From Sphingomonadales bacterium (GTDB lineage: Bacteria > Pseudomonadota > Alphaproteobacteria > Sphingomonadales > Sphingomonadaceae), in assembly GCA_024636595.1 (NCBI GenBank), contig JAGXGT010000052.1:1-50830 (forward strand): DNA of 50,830 nt, given 5' to 3'. The stretch's first letter is position 1. The number at the start of each line of letters is the position of its first letter. The notes under the pieces are model-generated. The model saw only the letters and a list, made by a program, of their open reading frames with translations. It was not told the origin of the DNA and did not search any database. Made by a program: the position numbers and the translations under genes. Positions 10,965 to 20,714 of this stretch are shown piece by piece.

Positions 10965-12200
10965 TCAGGCGCTGGCAATGGCGCCCCAGTCAATTGGTTG
11001 ATGGCGATCCAAAGTGGCATCTGCGGCGGGCATGGGATATTTGAGGCCGTTTCCGCAGTTGAATAAAACCGCTCGGTCGGTCTTGCTGATCAGGCCATCC
11101 TCTAGCGCTTTCAGATAGGCCGCGGCAGTTGCGGCCCCTTCTGGACAGAGCAGCAGCCCGTCCTCCTGACCAATCCGTTGTTGCGCCGCGATGATGGCTT
11201 CATCCTCGACGGCGATGGCAAAGCCGCCCGAATCGCGGACTGCCCGCAATATCAGAAAGTCACCAATCGCAACCGGCACGCGGATCCCCGCCGCCACAGT
11301 ATGGGCATTTTCCCAAAGCGGCGCGTGGTCGAGACCCTTTTCCCAAGCATCGACAATCGGCGCGCAGCCGGTGGCCTGCACGGCAACCATGCGGGGCCGT
11401 GCTGAGCCGATGAAACCGATCGCTTCCAGCTCGTCAAACGCCTTCCACATGCCAATCAGGCCAGTGCCGCCGCCAGTCGGATAGAAAATCACGTCCGGCA
11501 TTTCCCATCCCAGCTGTTCGGCCAGTTCCAGGCCCATCGTTTTCTTGCCCTCGATTCGGTAGGGCTCTTTCAGCGTCGACAGATTGAACCAGCCCATTTC
11601 CGCCTCGCCATCGGCAACAATCTTGCCGCAGTCGTTGATCAGGCCGTTCACCCGCCAGACCTTGCGGCCCTGCAAGGCGATTTCCCGGACATTCACCTCC
11701 GGTGTGTCGTCCGGACAGAAAACAAATGCCTCCATCCCGGCGCGCCGGGCATAAGCCGCCATCGCGGCACCGGCATTGCCATTGGTCGGCATGGCAAGTC
11801 GTTTCAGCCCCAACTCCTTGGCCATCGACACCGCCATCACCAATCCGCGCGCCTTGAACGAACCGGTTGGCAAGCGGCCTTCATCCTTGACGATCACGTT
11901 TGATCCCAGTGAATTGTTCAGGGTGATCAGCGGCGTCATGTCTTCGCCCAGAGAAACGATATTGGCGGAACTCGCAACCGGCAGAAGCTCCCGATAGCGC
12001 CAGAGATCGTTCGGACGGGCCGCCAGCGTTTCCTTGGTCAGCGTTTCCGCAACAGCCGCCAGATCGTAACGCACCAATATTGGCGCGCCGGCGGGCGACA
12101 GGTTTTGCACGGTGCCGGGCGGTAAAATATCGCCGGTTTTGGAACATTCCAGGTGGGTGACGAAACTGGTGATGTCGGCGGTGCGATTATCTTGGTTCAT
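10965..12200 (-). CDS. Threonine synthase-like PLP enzyme
   Basis: LWRYRELLP, SLGEDMTPL, PTGSFKARG (PLP Lys), PTGGGTG. Confidence 0.85.
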   Translation of the reverse strand: MNQDNRTADITSFVTHLECSKTGDILPPGTVQNLSPAGAPILVRYDLAAVAETLTKETLAARPNDLWRYRELLPVASSANIVSLGEDMTPLITLNNSLGSNVIVKDEGRLPTGSFKARGLVMAVSMAKELGLKRLAMPTNGNAGAAMAAYARRAGMEAFVFCPDDTPEVNVREIALQGRKVWRVNGLINDCGKIVADGEAEMGWFNLSTLKEPYRIEGKKTMGLELAEQLGWEMPDVIFYPTGGGTGLIGMWKAFDELEAIGFIGSARPRMVAVQATGCAPIVDAWEKGLDHAPLWENAHTVAAGIRVPVAIGDFLILRAVRDSGGFAIAVEDEAIIAAQQRIGQEDGLLLCPEGAATAAAYLKALEDGLISKTDRAVLFNCGNGLKYPMPAADATLDRHQPIDWGAIASA

Positions 12201-12393
12201 AGTAGCTAGCTAGCAGCCACCGCCAAGCAATCCACCCAAAAAATCCACATTGTCGGGCCAGCGAAGCGACGGCGTGAGATTTTTCCAGCTTCGTCCTGAC
12301 GGTGAAGGGATAGAAAAAGCTGGATTTTGCGATAAAGACAGGCTCAACCACCGGATCACATATTGGGAAAAGTTGAAACCTGTGTCGCGAAAA

Positions 12394-13731
12394 ATGCTCT
12401 CCAAATGGTCCAGCAGCGAGGATTCGCTCGTCCGCGTGTTTCGCAACAGCAGCTGGCTGTTTTCCGCCAAGGGTGTTGGTGCGGTGCTGAGCATTTTTTA
12501 CCTCGCCATATTGACCCGGACCCTTGGCGTTGCCGGCTTTGGTGAATTCATGGTTATCGTCGGTGCGATTCAGGTTCTGACGGCAATCCTCAAGCTCCAG
12601 ACCTGGCAGGCGGTGGTGCAATATGGCGTGCCCTATTTGCTGGCCGGTCAGCACCAGGCATTTCGCAAATTATCGATGCAGAATTTCTGGATCGAACTAA
12701 TCGGCGGCCTTGCCGCTTGCGGTGCCTTGTGGGTGATGCTGCCCTATGGCGCATCGCAATTTGGCTGGAGCGACTCGGTCGAGCAGGCAATCATGGGTTA
12801 TGGCGTGATCGTTTTTCTTTCCGTCCGGTCCACCCCGACCGGCATCTTGCGTGCACAGGATCGCTTCGGCGGCAATGCTTTTGGCGATGCGATCATTCCG
12901 ATCGTACGCTTCGCCGGAGCACTCGTCCTGTTCGTGACCGTACCGACCATGACCCGATTCCTGATTGTCTGGGGGCTTTCCGAATTTATCAGTTTTGTTG
13001 TTATGTGGATAATGGTGTGGCGGCGCCATGAATATGCCCGCCCGATCAGCGGAGACGCAGCCATCACGGCGACACCGCCAAGCCGCAGGGAATTTGTCGC
13101 CTTTCTCCTGTTCACCAATCTCGCCTATCTGGTCAGCGTCGTCCGTGAACGGCTGGTCGTTGTCATTGTCGGCTTCTTTGTAGGTCCGGCAGCGGCTGGC
13201 CTGTTCCGCTTGGCCGACCAGATTGCCAATAGCCTCAACCGGCTGGCCGAGGTTTTTGCCCGTCCGTTATTTGCCGAATTGTCGCGATTGTTCGCGATCG
13301 GGCAATCGCGTCAATCCCGAGCGTTGTTCTGGCGATCCTTGCGGGTGTCCGCCATCAGCGGCTGTATCCTCTTCATCGGTTTGTTGTTGCTGGGCAAAAA
13401 TATCATTGCCCTCATTTCAGGCCCCGAATATCTCGACGCTTATCCAATATTGCTGCTGCTCGGTGCCGCGACCATCATCAGCTTGGCCGGGCTTGGCCTC
13501 GAGCCACTGCTTCAGGCAGCCGGACGGGCCCGCAATGCGCTCGTCGCGCGCGTCGCCGGGCTGGTCGCGCTCGGACTGCTGTTGGCTGTCTTTTTGCCGA
13601 CCTTTGGCACAATCGGGGCGGCATGGGTGATGCTGATCTCGGCGATCCTGACGACCATAATCCTGTTCGTCTCCAGCCGCGCGGCGATCAGAGAGCCCCA
13701 GCATCCGGTTCCAAATTCCCGCATTCTATAA
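12394..13731 (+). CDS. Polysaccharide flippase (Wzx/MOP family)
   Basis: RVFRNSSWL...ILTRTLGVAGFGEF, many hydrophobic helices, GPAAAGLFRLA; start uncertain. Confidence 0.8.
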   Translation: MLSKWSSSEDSLVRVFRNSSWLFSAKGVGAVLSIFYLAILTRTLGVAGFGEFMVIVGAIQVLTAILKLQTWQAVVQYGVPYLLAGQHQAFRKLSMQNFWIELIGGLAACGALWVMLPYGASQFGWSDSVEQAIMGYGVIVFLSVRSTPTGILRAQDRFGGNAFGDAIIPIVRFAGALVLFVTVPTMTRFLIVWGLSEFISFVVMWIMVWRRHEYARPISGDAAITATPPSRREFVAFLLFTNLAYLVSVVRERLVVVIVGFFVGPAAAGLFRLADQIANSLNRLAEVFARPLFAELSRLFAIGQSRQSRALFWRSLRVSAISGCILFIGLLLLGKNIIALISGPEYLDAYPILLLLGAATIISLAGLGLEPLLQAAGRARNALVARVAGLVALGLLLAVFLPTFGTIGAAWVMLISAILTTIILFVSSRAAIREPQHPVPNSRIL

Positions 13732-13745
13732 AAGCCCGCAGACAT

Positions 13746-13772
13746 AAAAAAGGCGACCCGCAGGCCGCCTTT
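13746..13772 (-). terminator. Rho-independent terminator after rplM-rpsI
   Basis: Minus strand AAAGGCGGCC-TGCG-GGTCGCCTTTTTT. Confidence 0.8.
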
Positions 13773-13795
13773 CTCGATACTCGATGAGGGTTCGC

Positions 13796-14335
13796 TTAAC
13801 GCTTCGAGAACTGGAAGCTCTTACGTGCTTTCGCCTTACCATATTTCTTCCGCTCAACCTTGCGGCTGTCGCGGGTCAGGAAGCCTTCTGCCTTGACCGC
13901 AGACCGCAACGCGGGCTCATATTTGGTAAGCGCTTGCGAAATGCCGTGCTTGACCGCACCAGCCTGCCCCGAAAGACCGCCGCCTTTGACGGTGACGTCT
14001 ACGTCATACTGGCCTTCGCGCTCGGTAATCGCAAAAACCTGATTAAGCACCAGACGCAGGGTCGGGCGAGCAAAGTAGGTTTCCTGATCGCGGCCATTGA
14101 CCGTGATCTTGCCCTTGCCAGGTTTCAGCCATACGCGGGCTACCGCATCTTTACGGCGACCGGTGGCATAGGCCCGGCCAAACTTGTCCAGCTCTTGCTC
14201 GCGCAGCGGCATGGTGGATACGGGTGGTTCAACGGCCGCTGGAGCCGCGTCGCCTTCGGCGGATGCTGGTGCATCGACCACAGCCGGACCAGCGATATCT
14301 TTCAGATCAGCGAGATCGGTTTTTACATCAGACAT
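13796..14335 (-). CDS. rpsI: 30S ribosomal protein S9
   Basis: [23 protein letters not shown]-terminal QFSKR. Confidence 0.99.
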   Translation of the reverse strand: MSDVKTDLADLKDIAGPAVVDAPASAEGDAAPAAVEPPVSTMPLREQELDKFGRAYATGRRKDAVARVWLKPGKGKITVNGRDQETYFARPTLRLVLNQVFAITEREGQYDVDVTVKGGGLSGQAGAVKHGISQALTKYEPALRSAVKAEGFLTRDSRKVERKKYGKAKARKSFQFSKR

Positions 14336-14814
14336 TATGCGCCCACCTTATTCTTACGGTTCATCGAAGCGACGTCGAGCGCCACCGGGTTCTGGCCGTT
14401 ATACGGATGCTCGGTGCCAGCAAAAACGTGCAATGCACGCATCTGAGCAAAGCCCAACGGACCCTTCGGGATCATCCGCTCGACGGCTTTTTCCATGACA
14501 CGCTCAGGAAAACGACCTTCGAGAACCTTCTCGGCGGTGGTGCCGCTGATGCCGCCGGGATAGCCGGAGTGCTTGTAATAGGTTTTCTGTTTGGTCTTGT
14601 TGCCGGTGAACTTCACCTTTTCGGCATTGATCACGATGACATGATCGCCGCAGTCAACATGCGGGGTATAGCTAGGCTTATGCTTGCCGCGCAGGATGTT
14701 GGCAATGATCGAGGCGGCCCGGCCAACGACTAGATCTTCGGCATCAACGATATGCCATTTCTTTTCGACTTCAGCAGGCTTGGCCGACTGGGTCTGTTTG
14801 GTGATACCCTTCAT
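14335..14814 (-). CDS. rplM: 50S ribosomal protein L13
   Basis: Start MKGITK after AAGGAG; [17 protein letters not shown]. Confidence 0.99.
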   Translation of the reverse strand: MKGITKQTQSAKPAEVEKKWHIVDAEDLVVGRAASIIANILRGKHKPSYTPHVDCGDHVIVINAEKVKFTGNKTKQKTYYKHSGYPGGISGTTAEKVLEGRFPERVMEKAVERMIPKGPLGFAQMRALHVFAGTEHPYNGQNPVALDVASMNRKNKVGA

Positions 14815-15017
14815 GGGGTGGCTCCTTCTTGGAGAGTGGGATTCAAAAAAACAAATGCCGAACGATCCTGATTCGCAGGAGCCCGGCAAACTGGGGCGCT
14901 ATTGGCGCTGTTATTGCGGCAAGTCAAGCGAAAGCGGGGCGTTGCTAGCGGGTATAATGATACCGCGACCAGTTTATTGCATCGCTCACTATATTCGAAA
15001 TCAGCGAATCGGTCCGC

Positions 15018-16070
15018 TCATCGCGCAGCGCGGCCAAGCACATGTACGCCCCAAACCGTGGCGGCCACAACCAGCGCACCCACAGCCTGATGCAGGACCG
15101 CCAGATGGATATCGATCCCGGTCATAACCGTGGCTATGCCCAGCAATATCTGACTGCCAAAGGCGATATGGATCGCAACCGAGCTCCGGCGATCGATTGG
15201 CCGCACCTTCCGCGCCAGCAGGACCAGAAAGCCCACCACCACCCATGCCCACCAGCGGTGGATGAAATGGATCAGATAGGGATCGTTGTTGAGCGCGGCC
15301 CAGATGCCAGCGGCCCAGTTGATCCCGCCGGGCACGAAATATTCATTCATCAGCGGCCAGGTGTTGGCGACATAGCCGGCGTTCAGGCCTGCGGTATAGG
15401 CACCGAATAGCAGCTGGACGAGCAGCACCGCTAACGCCGCAGCGCCCAGGCCGGTCACGCGCGCCGGACTGACGTTGCCGCGCGCCAGCTGCCGCAGGTC
15501 GAGCGCCGTCCAGACCAGCCCGCCGAGAATGAACAGCGCCGTCAACAAATGCACCGCAAGCCGGAAATGGCTGACATCGGTGCGTTCGCTAAGACCGGAA
15601 CTGACCATCCACCAGCCGATCGTTCCCTGCAAGCCGCCGAGCGCCAGCAGTGCGACCAGCCGCCAGCCATAACCCGACGGGATCGCCCGCTTGGCCGCAA
15701 ACCATAGCAACGGCAGCGCAAAGGCGACGCCGATCAGCCGTCCGAGCAGGCGGTGGACCCACTCCCAGAAATAGATGAATTTGAAATCCGCCAGCGTCAT
15801 CCCGGCCGGCCCGCTAATTTCCAGATATTCCGGAATCTGCTGATATTTCCTGAATTCCGACAACCAGTCGGCCTCGCTCAGCGGCGGCAGCGCGCCGGTG
15901 ATTGGCTTCCATTCGGTGATCGACAGCCCCGACTCGGTAAGCCGGGTGATGCCGCCCACGACGACCATGATGAACACCAGAAAGGCGACCGAATAGAGCC
16001 AGTTGGATATAGCTATCGGACGGCGGCTTGCCGCGCCAGCCGGCTGGTTCAGGGCGATCGCATCGGTCAT
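15018..16070 (-). CDS. ctaA: Heme A synthase (COX15/CtaA)
   Basis: GGITRLTESGLSITEW, WEWVHRLLGR, GWWMVSSGL, conserved His residues. Confidence 0.95.
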   Translation of the reverse strand: MTDAIALNQPAGAASRRPIAISNWLYSVAFLVFIMVVVGGITRLTESGLSITEWKPITGALPPLSEADWLSEFRKYQQIPEYLEISGPAGMTLADFKFIYFWEWVHRLLGRLIGVAFALPLLWFAAKRAIPSGYGWRLVALLALGGLQGTIGWWMVSSGLSERTDVSHFRLAVHLLTALFILGGLVWTALDLRQLARGNVSPARVTGLGAAALAVLLVQLLFGAYTAGLNAGYVANTWPLMNEYFVPGGINWAAGIWAALNNDPYLIHFIHRWWAWVVVGFLVLLARKVRPIDRRSSVAIHIAFGSQILLGIATVMTGIDIHLAVLHQAVGALVVAATVWGVHVLGRAAR

Positions 16071-16145
16071 TGGCCGCTATGTGGGATCAAAACCATGGCC
16101 TGACAACCAGAAACAGGGGGACCGTCCGAAATTTCAAAAATGATA

Positions 16146-16160
16146 TGTTGTATCTTAACA
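16146..16160. promoter_or_regulatory. Candidate Zur box upstream of the MerC-like gene
   Basis: TGTTGTATCTTAACA, two mismatches from TGTTAT-N3-ATAACA; a zur gene lies ~0.5 kb downstream. Confidence 0.65.
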
Positions 16161-16209
16161 CGCTTTTTCCTATATCCGGTGCACGCAATAAAAAGTGAGG
16201 CAATGAGTC

Positions 16210-16617
16210 GTGTTTACGACAGCAAAATTTTGGGACAAAGATGGCCTTTTGGTCAGAGATGGCCTGTGGGACCGGATGGCCGTGCTCGTGTCCGGCCTGT
16301 GCCTCGTACATTGCGTCTCGACCATCGCTTTTGTCGCCATATTGTCCTCGGCAGGCGGCATGTTGCTTGATCCGCTGATTCACGAAATTGGGCTGGGTAT
16401 CGCGATAGCCCTTGGCTTTTTCACCCTCGGGCGCGGCGTTATGGATCATGGCTATATCATGCCAGTCGCCGTCGGCAGCCTCGGATTGGGCATGATGATG
16501 GGCGCTATCACGATCGGCCATGAGGGCGGACATGGTGGCCCGGAGATTTTTTATACCATGCTCGGCGTCGGATTCCTCGCGCTGGGCCATGATTTGAACT
16601 ACCGCGCCACCCATTGA
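16210..16617 (+). CDS. MerC-domain membrane protein (putative metal transporter)
   Basis: DRMAVLVSGLCLVHC, four hydrophobic helices, His motifs HE, GHEGGHG, GHDLN. Confidence 0.8.
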   Translation: MFTTAKFWDKDGLLVRDGLWDRMAVLVSGLCLVHCVSTIAFVAILSSAGGMLLDPLIHEIGLGIAIALGFFTLGRGVMDHGYIMPVAVGSLGLGMMMGAITIGHEGGHGGPEIFYTMLGVGFLALGHDLNYRATH

Positions 16618-16627
16618 TCGCGCCCCA

Positions 16628-16656
16628 TTGCTCTTGCGGCCAAACATCCCTAAATT
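16628..16656 (+). promoter_or_regulatory. Sigma70-type promoter predicting a leaderless zur mRNA
   Basis: TTGCTC-17 nt-TAAATT, then 6 nt to ATG; no SD. Confidence 0.5.
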
Positions 16657-16662
16657 ATCCGG

Positions 16663-17121
16663 ATGGGACAACATGATCATCATGAGCATCACGGCGATTC
16701 TTTAGCCGATGCGGCTCAAGCCAATCTGGAAAAATCCGGTGAGAAGTGGACCGATACAAGGGCGGCGATCTTTGACACGCTGGCCGGTTTCTCTCGCCCT
16801 GCTTCGGCATATGACATAGCCGATCTGGTTTCGACCGCGCGCGGCAAGCGCGTCGCACCCAATAGTGTTTACCGGATTCTCGACCTGTTCGTGGCGAACA
16901 ATCTGGCGATGCGGGTGGAAAGCGCCAATGCCTACCTGGCCAACAGCCACCCTGGCTGCGAACATGACTGCATCTTTCTGGTCTGTGACACGTGCGGCGA
17001 GGCAACCCATGTCGATGACGATTCCTTGTCGCAGCAAGTGCGCAAAGTCGCGACATCTGAAGGATTCAAATCCATCCGGCCAGTGATAGAGGTGCGCGGC
17101 ATTTGTCAGAAATGCAATTGA
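16663..17121 (+). CDS. zur: Fur-family regulator, Zur-like
   Basis: His-rich N-terminus [33 protein letters not shown] and CQKC. Confidence 0.85.
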   Translation: MGQHDHHEHHGDSLADAAQANLEKSGEKWTDTRAAIFDTLAGFSRPASAYDIADLVSTARGKRVAPNSVYRILDLFVANNLAMRVESANAYLANSHPGCEHDCIFLVCDTCGEATHVDDDSLSQQVRKVATSEGFKSIRPVIEVRGICQKCN

Positions 17122-17218
17122 TCCATCCCGCCTGTCCGCCAATGGCAACGGCCAGTCATCTGAAAATTCGACAGAGCCGTGCGATGCCGTTAAAGCAGGA
17201 ATCAAACAGGGAGTGAAT

Positions 17219-19147
17219 ATGCCGGTTTCGAATACACCATTGCTGGATGATGTCTCGTTTCCAGCCGATTTGCGCAAATTGAAGCCAGCGCAGCTCCGCC
17301 AATTCGCCGACGAGCTGCGCGCCGAAGTGATCGACACCGTATCGACGACCGGCGGCCATCTCGGCGCTGGACTCGGCGTCGTCGAACTGACCACCGCCAT
17401 CCATTATGTTTTCAACACGCCCGAAGACCGGCTGATCTGGGATGTTGGCCACCAATGCTACCCGCACAAGATCATCACCGGACGCAGGGACCGGATTCGG
17501 ACCTTGCGACAGGGTGGCGGCCTGTCCGGCTTCACCAAGCGCTCGGAAAGCGAATATGATCCTTTTGGTGCCGCGCATAGCTCGACCTCGATCAGTGCTG
17601 CCCTCGGTTTTGCCATTGCCAATAAACTGAATGACAAGCCCGGACGCGGCATTGCGGTGATCGGCGACGGCGCGATGAGCGCAGGCATGGCCTATGAGGC
17701 GATGAACAACGCAGAAGCCGCCGGTAACCGGCTGGTCGTCATCCTCAACGACAATGACATGTCGATCGCGCCGCCGGTCGGCGGGCTTTCGGCCTATCTC
17801 GCCCGGATCGTTTCGTCCCGGGAATTTCTCGGTGTGCGCCAGCTGGCCCGCCGGATCGCCAGCAAATTGCCGAAGGCGCTCTATGACGCAGCGCGCAAGA
17901 CCGACGAATATGCCCGCGGCATGACCATGGGCGGCACCCTGTTCGAGGAACTCGGTTTCTATTATGTGGGGCCGATTGACGGCCATAATCTGGATCATCT
18001 GATTCCTGTGCTTGAAAATGTGCGCGACGCGGCGGAAGGCCCATGCTTGATCCATGTCGTCACGGAAAAGGGCAAAGGCTATAAATTTGCCGAGGAAGCC
18101 GCCGACAAATATCATGGGGTGGCAAAGTTCGATGTGGTCTCCGGCAAACAGGACAAGGGACCGGGCGGCGGACCGCCAGCCTATCAGAATGTCTTTGGCG
18201 AAACGCTGGCCAAGCTGGCCGAAAGCGATCCGCGAATCTGTGCGATTACCGCAGCCATGCCCTCCGGTACCGGTCTCGACAAATTTGCCAAGGCGCACCC
18301 CGACAAGGCTTTCGATGTCGGCATTGCCGAACAGCATGGCGTCACCTTTGCCGCCGGTCTGGCCGCTCAGGGCATGCGTCCTTTCTGCGCCATTTATTCG
18401 ACCTTCCTGCAACGCGCCTATGATCAGGTCGTCCACGACGTGGCTATCCAGAATCTGCCGGTCCGCTTTGCCATCGACCGGGCCGGACTGGTCGGGGCGG
18501 ATGGCTGCACCCACGCGGGCAGCTTTGATGTCACCTATCTCGCGACCTTGCCCAATATGGTGGTGATGGCCGCCGCGGATGAGGCGGAACTGGCCCATAT
18601 GACCTATACCGCGTCCTTGCACGACAGCGGCCCGATCGCCTTTCGCTACCCGCGTGGCAATGGGACCGGCGTTCCGATCCCGGAAAAGCTGGAGCAGCTG
18701 GAAATCGGCAAGGGCCGGATCATCAAACAGGGCACAAAAGTGGCGATCCTGTCGCTGGGTGCCCGGCTCGAAGAAGCAAAAAAGGCGGCCGAACGGCTCG
18801 AGGCCAAGGGGCTCAGCACCACCGTCGCCGACCTGCGCTTTGCCAAACCGCTTGATCAGGAGCTGATCCGCAAATTGCTGACCACCCATGAAGTGGCGGT
18901 TACCGTCGAAGAAGCCTCCGTAGGCGGTCTCGGCGCGCATGTGCTGACCTATGCATCCGACAATGGCCTGACCGATGCCGGCCTGAAGATCCGCACGATG
19001 CGCCTGCCGGATATATTTCAGGATCACGACAAGCCGGAACTGCAATATGCCGAAGCAGGCCTGGATGCCGACGGGATTGTCGAGACCGTACTCAAGGCAT
19101 TGCGGCACAATAGCGCGAGCGTTGAGGATGCAGGGGCGCGGGCCTAG
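17219..19147 (+). CDS. dxs: 1-deoxy-D-xylulose-5-phosphate synthase
   Basis: [24 protein letters not shown]...[15 protein letters not shown]; ATG 17219 after AGGGAG. Confidence 0.98.
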   Translation: MPVSNTPLLDDVSFPADLRKLKPAQLRQFADELRAEVIDTVSTTGGHLGAGLGVVELTTAIHYVFNTPEDRLIWDVGHQCYPHKIITGRRDRIRTLRQGGGLSGFTKRSESEYDPFGAAHSSTSISAALGFAIANKLNDKPGRGIAVIGDGAMSAGMAYEAMNNAEAAGNRLVVILNDNDMSIAPPVGGLSAYLARIVSSREFLGVRQLARRIASKLPKALYDAARKTDEYARGMTMGGTLFEELGFYYVGPIDGHNLDHLIPVLENVRDAAEGPCLIHVVTEKGKGYKFAEEAADKYHGVAKFDVVSGKQDKGPGGGPPAYQNVFGETLAKLAESDPRICAITAAMPSGTGLDKFAKAHPDKAFDVGIAEQHGVTFAAGLAAQGMRPFCAIYSTFLQRAYDQVVHDVAIQNLPVRFAIDRAGLVGADGCTHAGSFDVTYLATLPNMVVMAAADEAELAHMTYTASLHDSGPIAFRYPRGNGTGVPIPEKLEQLEIGKGRIIKQGTKVAILSLGARLEEAKKAAERLEAKGLSTTVADLRFAKPLDQELIRKLLTTHEVAVTVEEASVGGLGAHVLTYASDNGLTDAGLKIRTMRLPDIFQDHDKPELQYAEAGLDADGIVETVLKALRHNSASVEDAGARA

Positions 19148-19197
19148 GCAATATTGTCGCTTGTGATTGCCTAAAACCGTCTTTAGGCGATTCTCCC

Positions 19198-19881
19198 ATG
19201 CCACCCGAATTTTTCCATATCGATCACTGGATTTTTGATCTCGACAATGTGCTCTATCCATCGGAGTGTGATTTGTTTGCGCTGATCGATATCAAGATGG
19301 GCGAATATATCGCCCGCGCTCTGGACTGCGATCTGGTGGAAGCGCGGAAAATCCAGAAGGGATTTTTCCACGATCACGGCACCACGCTCGCCGGCCTGAT
19401 GCATCATCATGGCACCGACCCCGCCGATTTCCTCGACTATGTCCACGATATCGATATGGATCGGCTTGCCCCTGCGCCGCTGGTGCGGGCCGCCATTGAT
19501 GCGCTACCGGGCGAGAAACTCGTTTTCACCAACGCCGACCGGCCTTATGCCGAAAAGGTGCTTGAAAAACGCGGGCTGGATGGCCTGTTTCACCAGATGC
19601 ACGACATTCTTGATACTGGCCTCGTTCCCAAGCCGCAAACCGCCGCCTATCACAGCATGATCGCCGCCACCGGTATCGACCCGACCCGCGCCCTTTTTGT
19701 CGAGGATATGGCGCGCAATTTGCGTCCGGCGAAAGATTTGGGCATGACGACCGTCTGGATCAACACCGGGGCAGAATGGGCTGGCCGGGAACATGATCCC
19801 GCTTATATTGACCACGAAATCACCGATCTGGAAAGCTGGGTTACCGGCCTCCACAGCGCCAAGGAAGAAAACGCAATATGA
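19198..19881 (+). CDS. Pyrimidine 5'-nucleotidase, HAD family
   Basis: [28 protein letters not shown]. Confidence 0.9.
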   Translation: MPPEFFHIDHWIFDLDNVLYPSECDLFALIDIKMGEYIARALDCDLVEARKIQKGFFHDHGTTLAGLMHHHGTDPADFLDYVHDIDMDRLAPAPLVRAAIDALPGEKLVFTNADRPYAEKVLEKRGLDGLFHQMHDILDTGLVPKPQTAAYHSMIAATGIDPTRALFVEDMARNLRPAKDLGMTTVWINTGAEWAGREHDPAYIDHEITDLESWVTGLHSAKEENAI

Positions 19882-20714
19882 CCGCAGCACTGCAGACCGT
19901 AATCGATACCGCCTGGGACAAGCGCGAATCCCTTAGCCTCACGACGCAGGGCGCGGAGCGCGACGCGGTCAACCAGGCGCTGGCGATGCTCGACAACGGC
20001 ACCGCTCGGGTTGCCGAGAAAAGAGATGGCCAGTGGGTGGTCAATCAGTGGCTAAAGAAAGCCGTGCTGCTCTCCTTCCGGCTCAATGACAATCATCTGA
20101 TCGAAGGCCCCGGCGGCGCCAACCACTGGGACAAGGTGCCCAGCAAATTTGCCGGCTGGGGCGAGAACCGCTTTCGCGAAGCCGGCTTCCGCTCGGTCCC
20201 CGGTTCGATCGTCCGGCAAGGCGCGTTTATTGGCAAGGGCGTCGTGTTGATGCCGAGCTTCGTCAATATCGGCGCCTTCGTCGATGAAGGCACGATGGTC
20301 GACGGCTGGGCCACGGTCGGCAGCTGCGCGCAGATCGGCAAGAATGTCCATATTTCCGGCGGCGCCGGTATCGGCGGTGTGCTCGAGCCTTTGCAGGCCG
20401 GTCCGGTGATCATCGAGGATGGTGCATTCATCGGCGCTCGCGCCGAAGTCGCCGAGGGCGTGCGGGTTGGCGAAGGCGCCGTGCTCTCGATGGGCGTCTA
20501 TCTCGGCGCATCGACCAAGATTGTCGACCGGGTCACCGGCAAGATCTGGATTGGCGAAGTGCCGCCTTATGCCGTTGTCGTTCCCGGCACGATGCCGCCG
20601 AAGGTCAATATCGACGGCGTGCCCGGACCAAGCCTCTACTGCGCGGTAATCGTCAAGACCGTCGATGCGCAGACCCGGTCCAAGACTGGCATAAACGAAT
20701 TGCTCCGCGACTGA
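19878..20714 (+). CDS. dapD: Tetrahydrodipicolinate N-succinyltransferase
   Basis: [38 protein letters not shown]. Confidence 0.98.
   Translation: MTAALQTVIDTAWDKRESLSLTTQGAERDAVNQALAMLDNGTARVAEKRDGQWVVNQWLKKAVLLSFRLNDNHLIEGPGGANHWDKVPSKFAGWGENRFREAGFRSVPGSIVRQGAFIGKGVVLMPSFVNIGAFVDEGTMVDGWATVGSCAQIGKNVHISGGAGIGGVLEPLQAGPVIIEDGAFIGARAEVAEGVRVGEGAVLSMGVYLGASTKIVDRVTGKIWIGEVPPYAVVVPGTMPPKVNIDGVPGPSLYCAVIVKTVDAQTRSKTGINELLRD

Noticed and set aside
12284-12324. TCCAGCTT/AAGCTGGA inverted repeat between the thrC-like gene and the flippase as a riboswitch
   Set aside because: Only 8 bp with no recognisable aptamer motifs
16210-16617. Mercury resistance locus
   Set aside because: No merR, merA, merT or merP; context points to zinc
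17156-19261. 701-aa minus-strand ORF
   Set aside because: Antisense shadow of dxs
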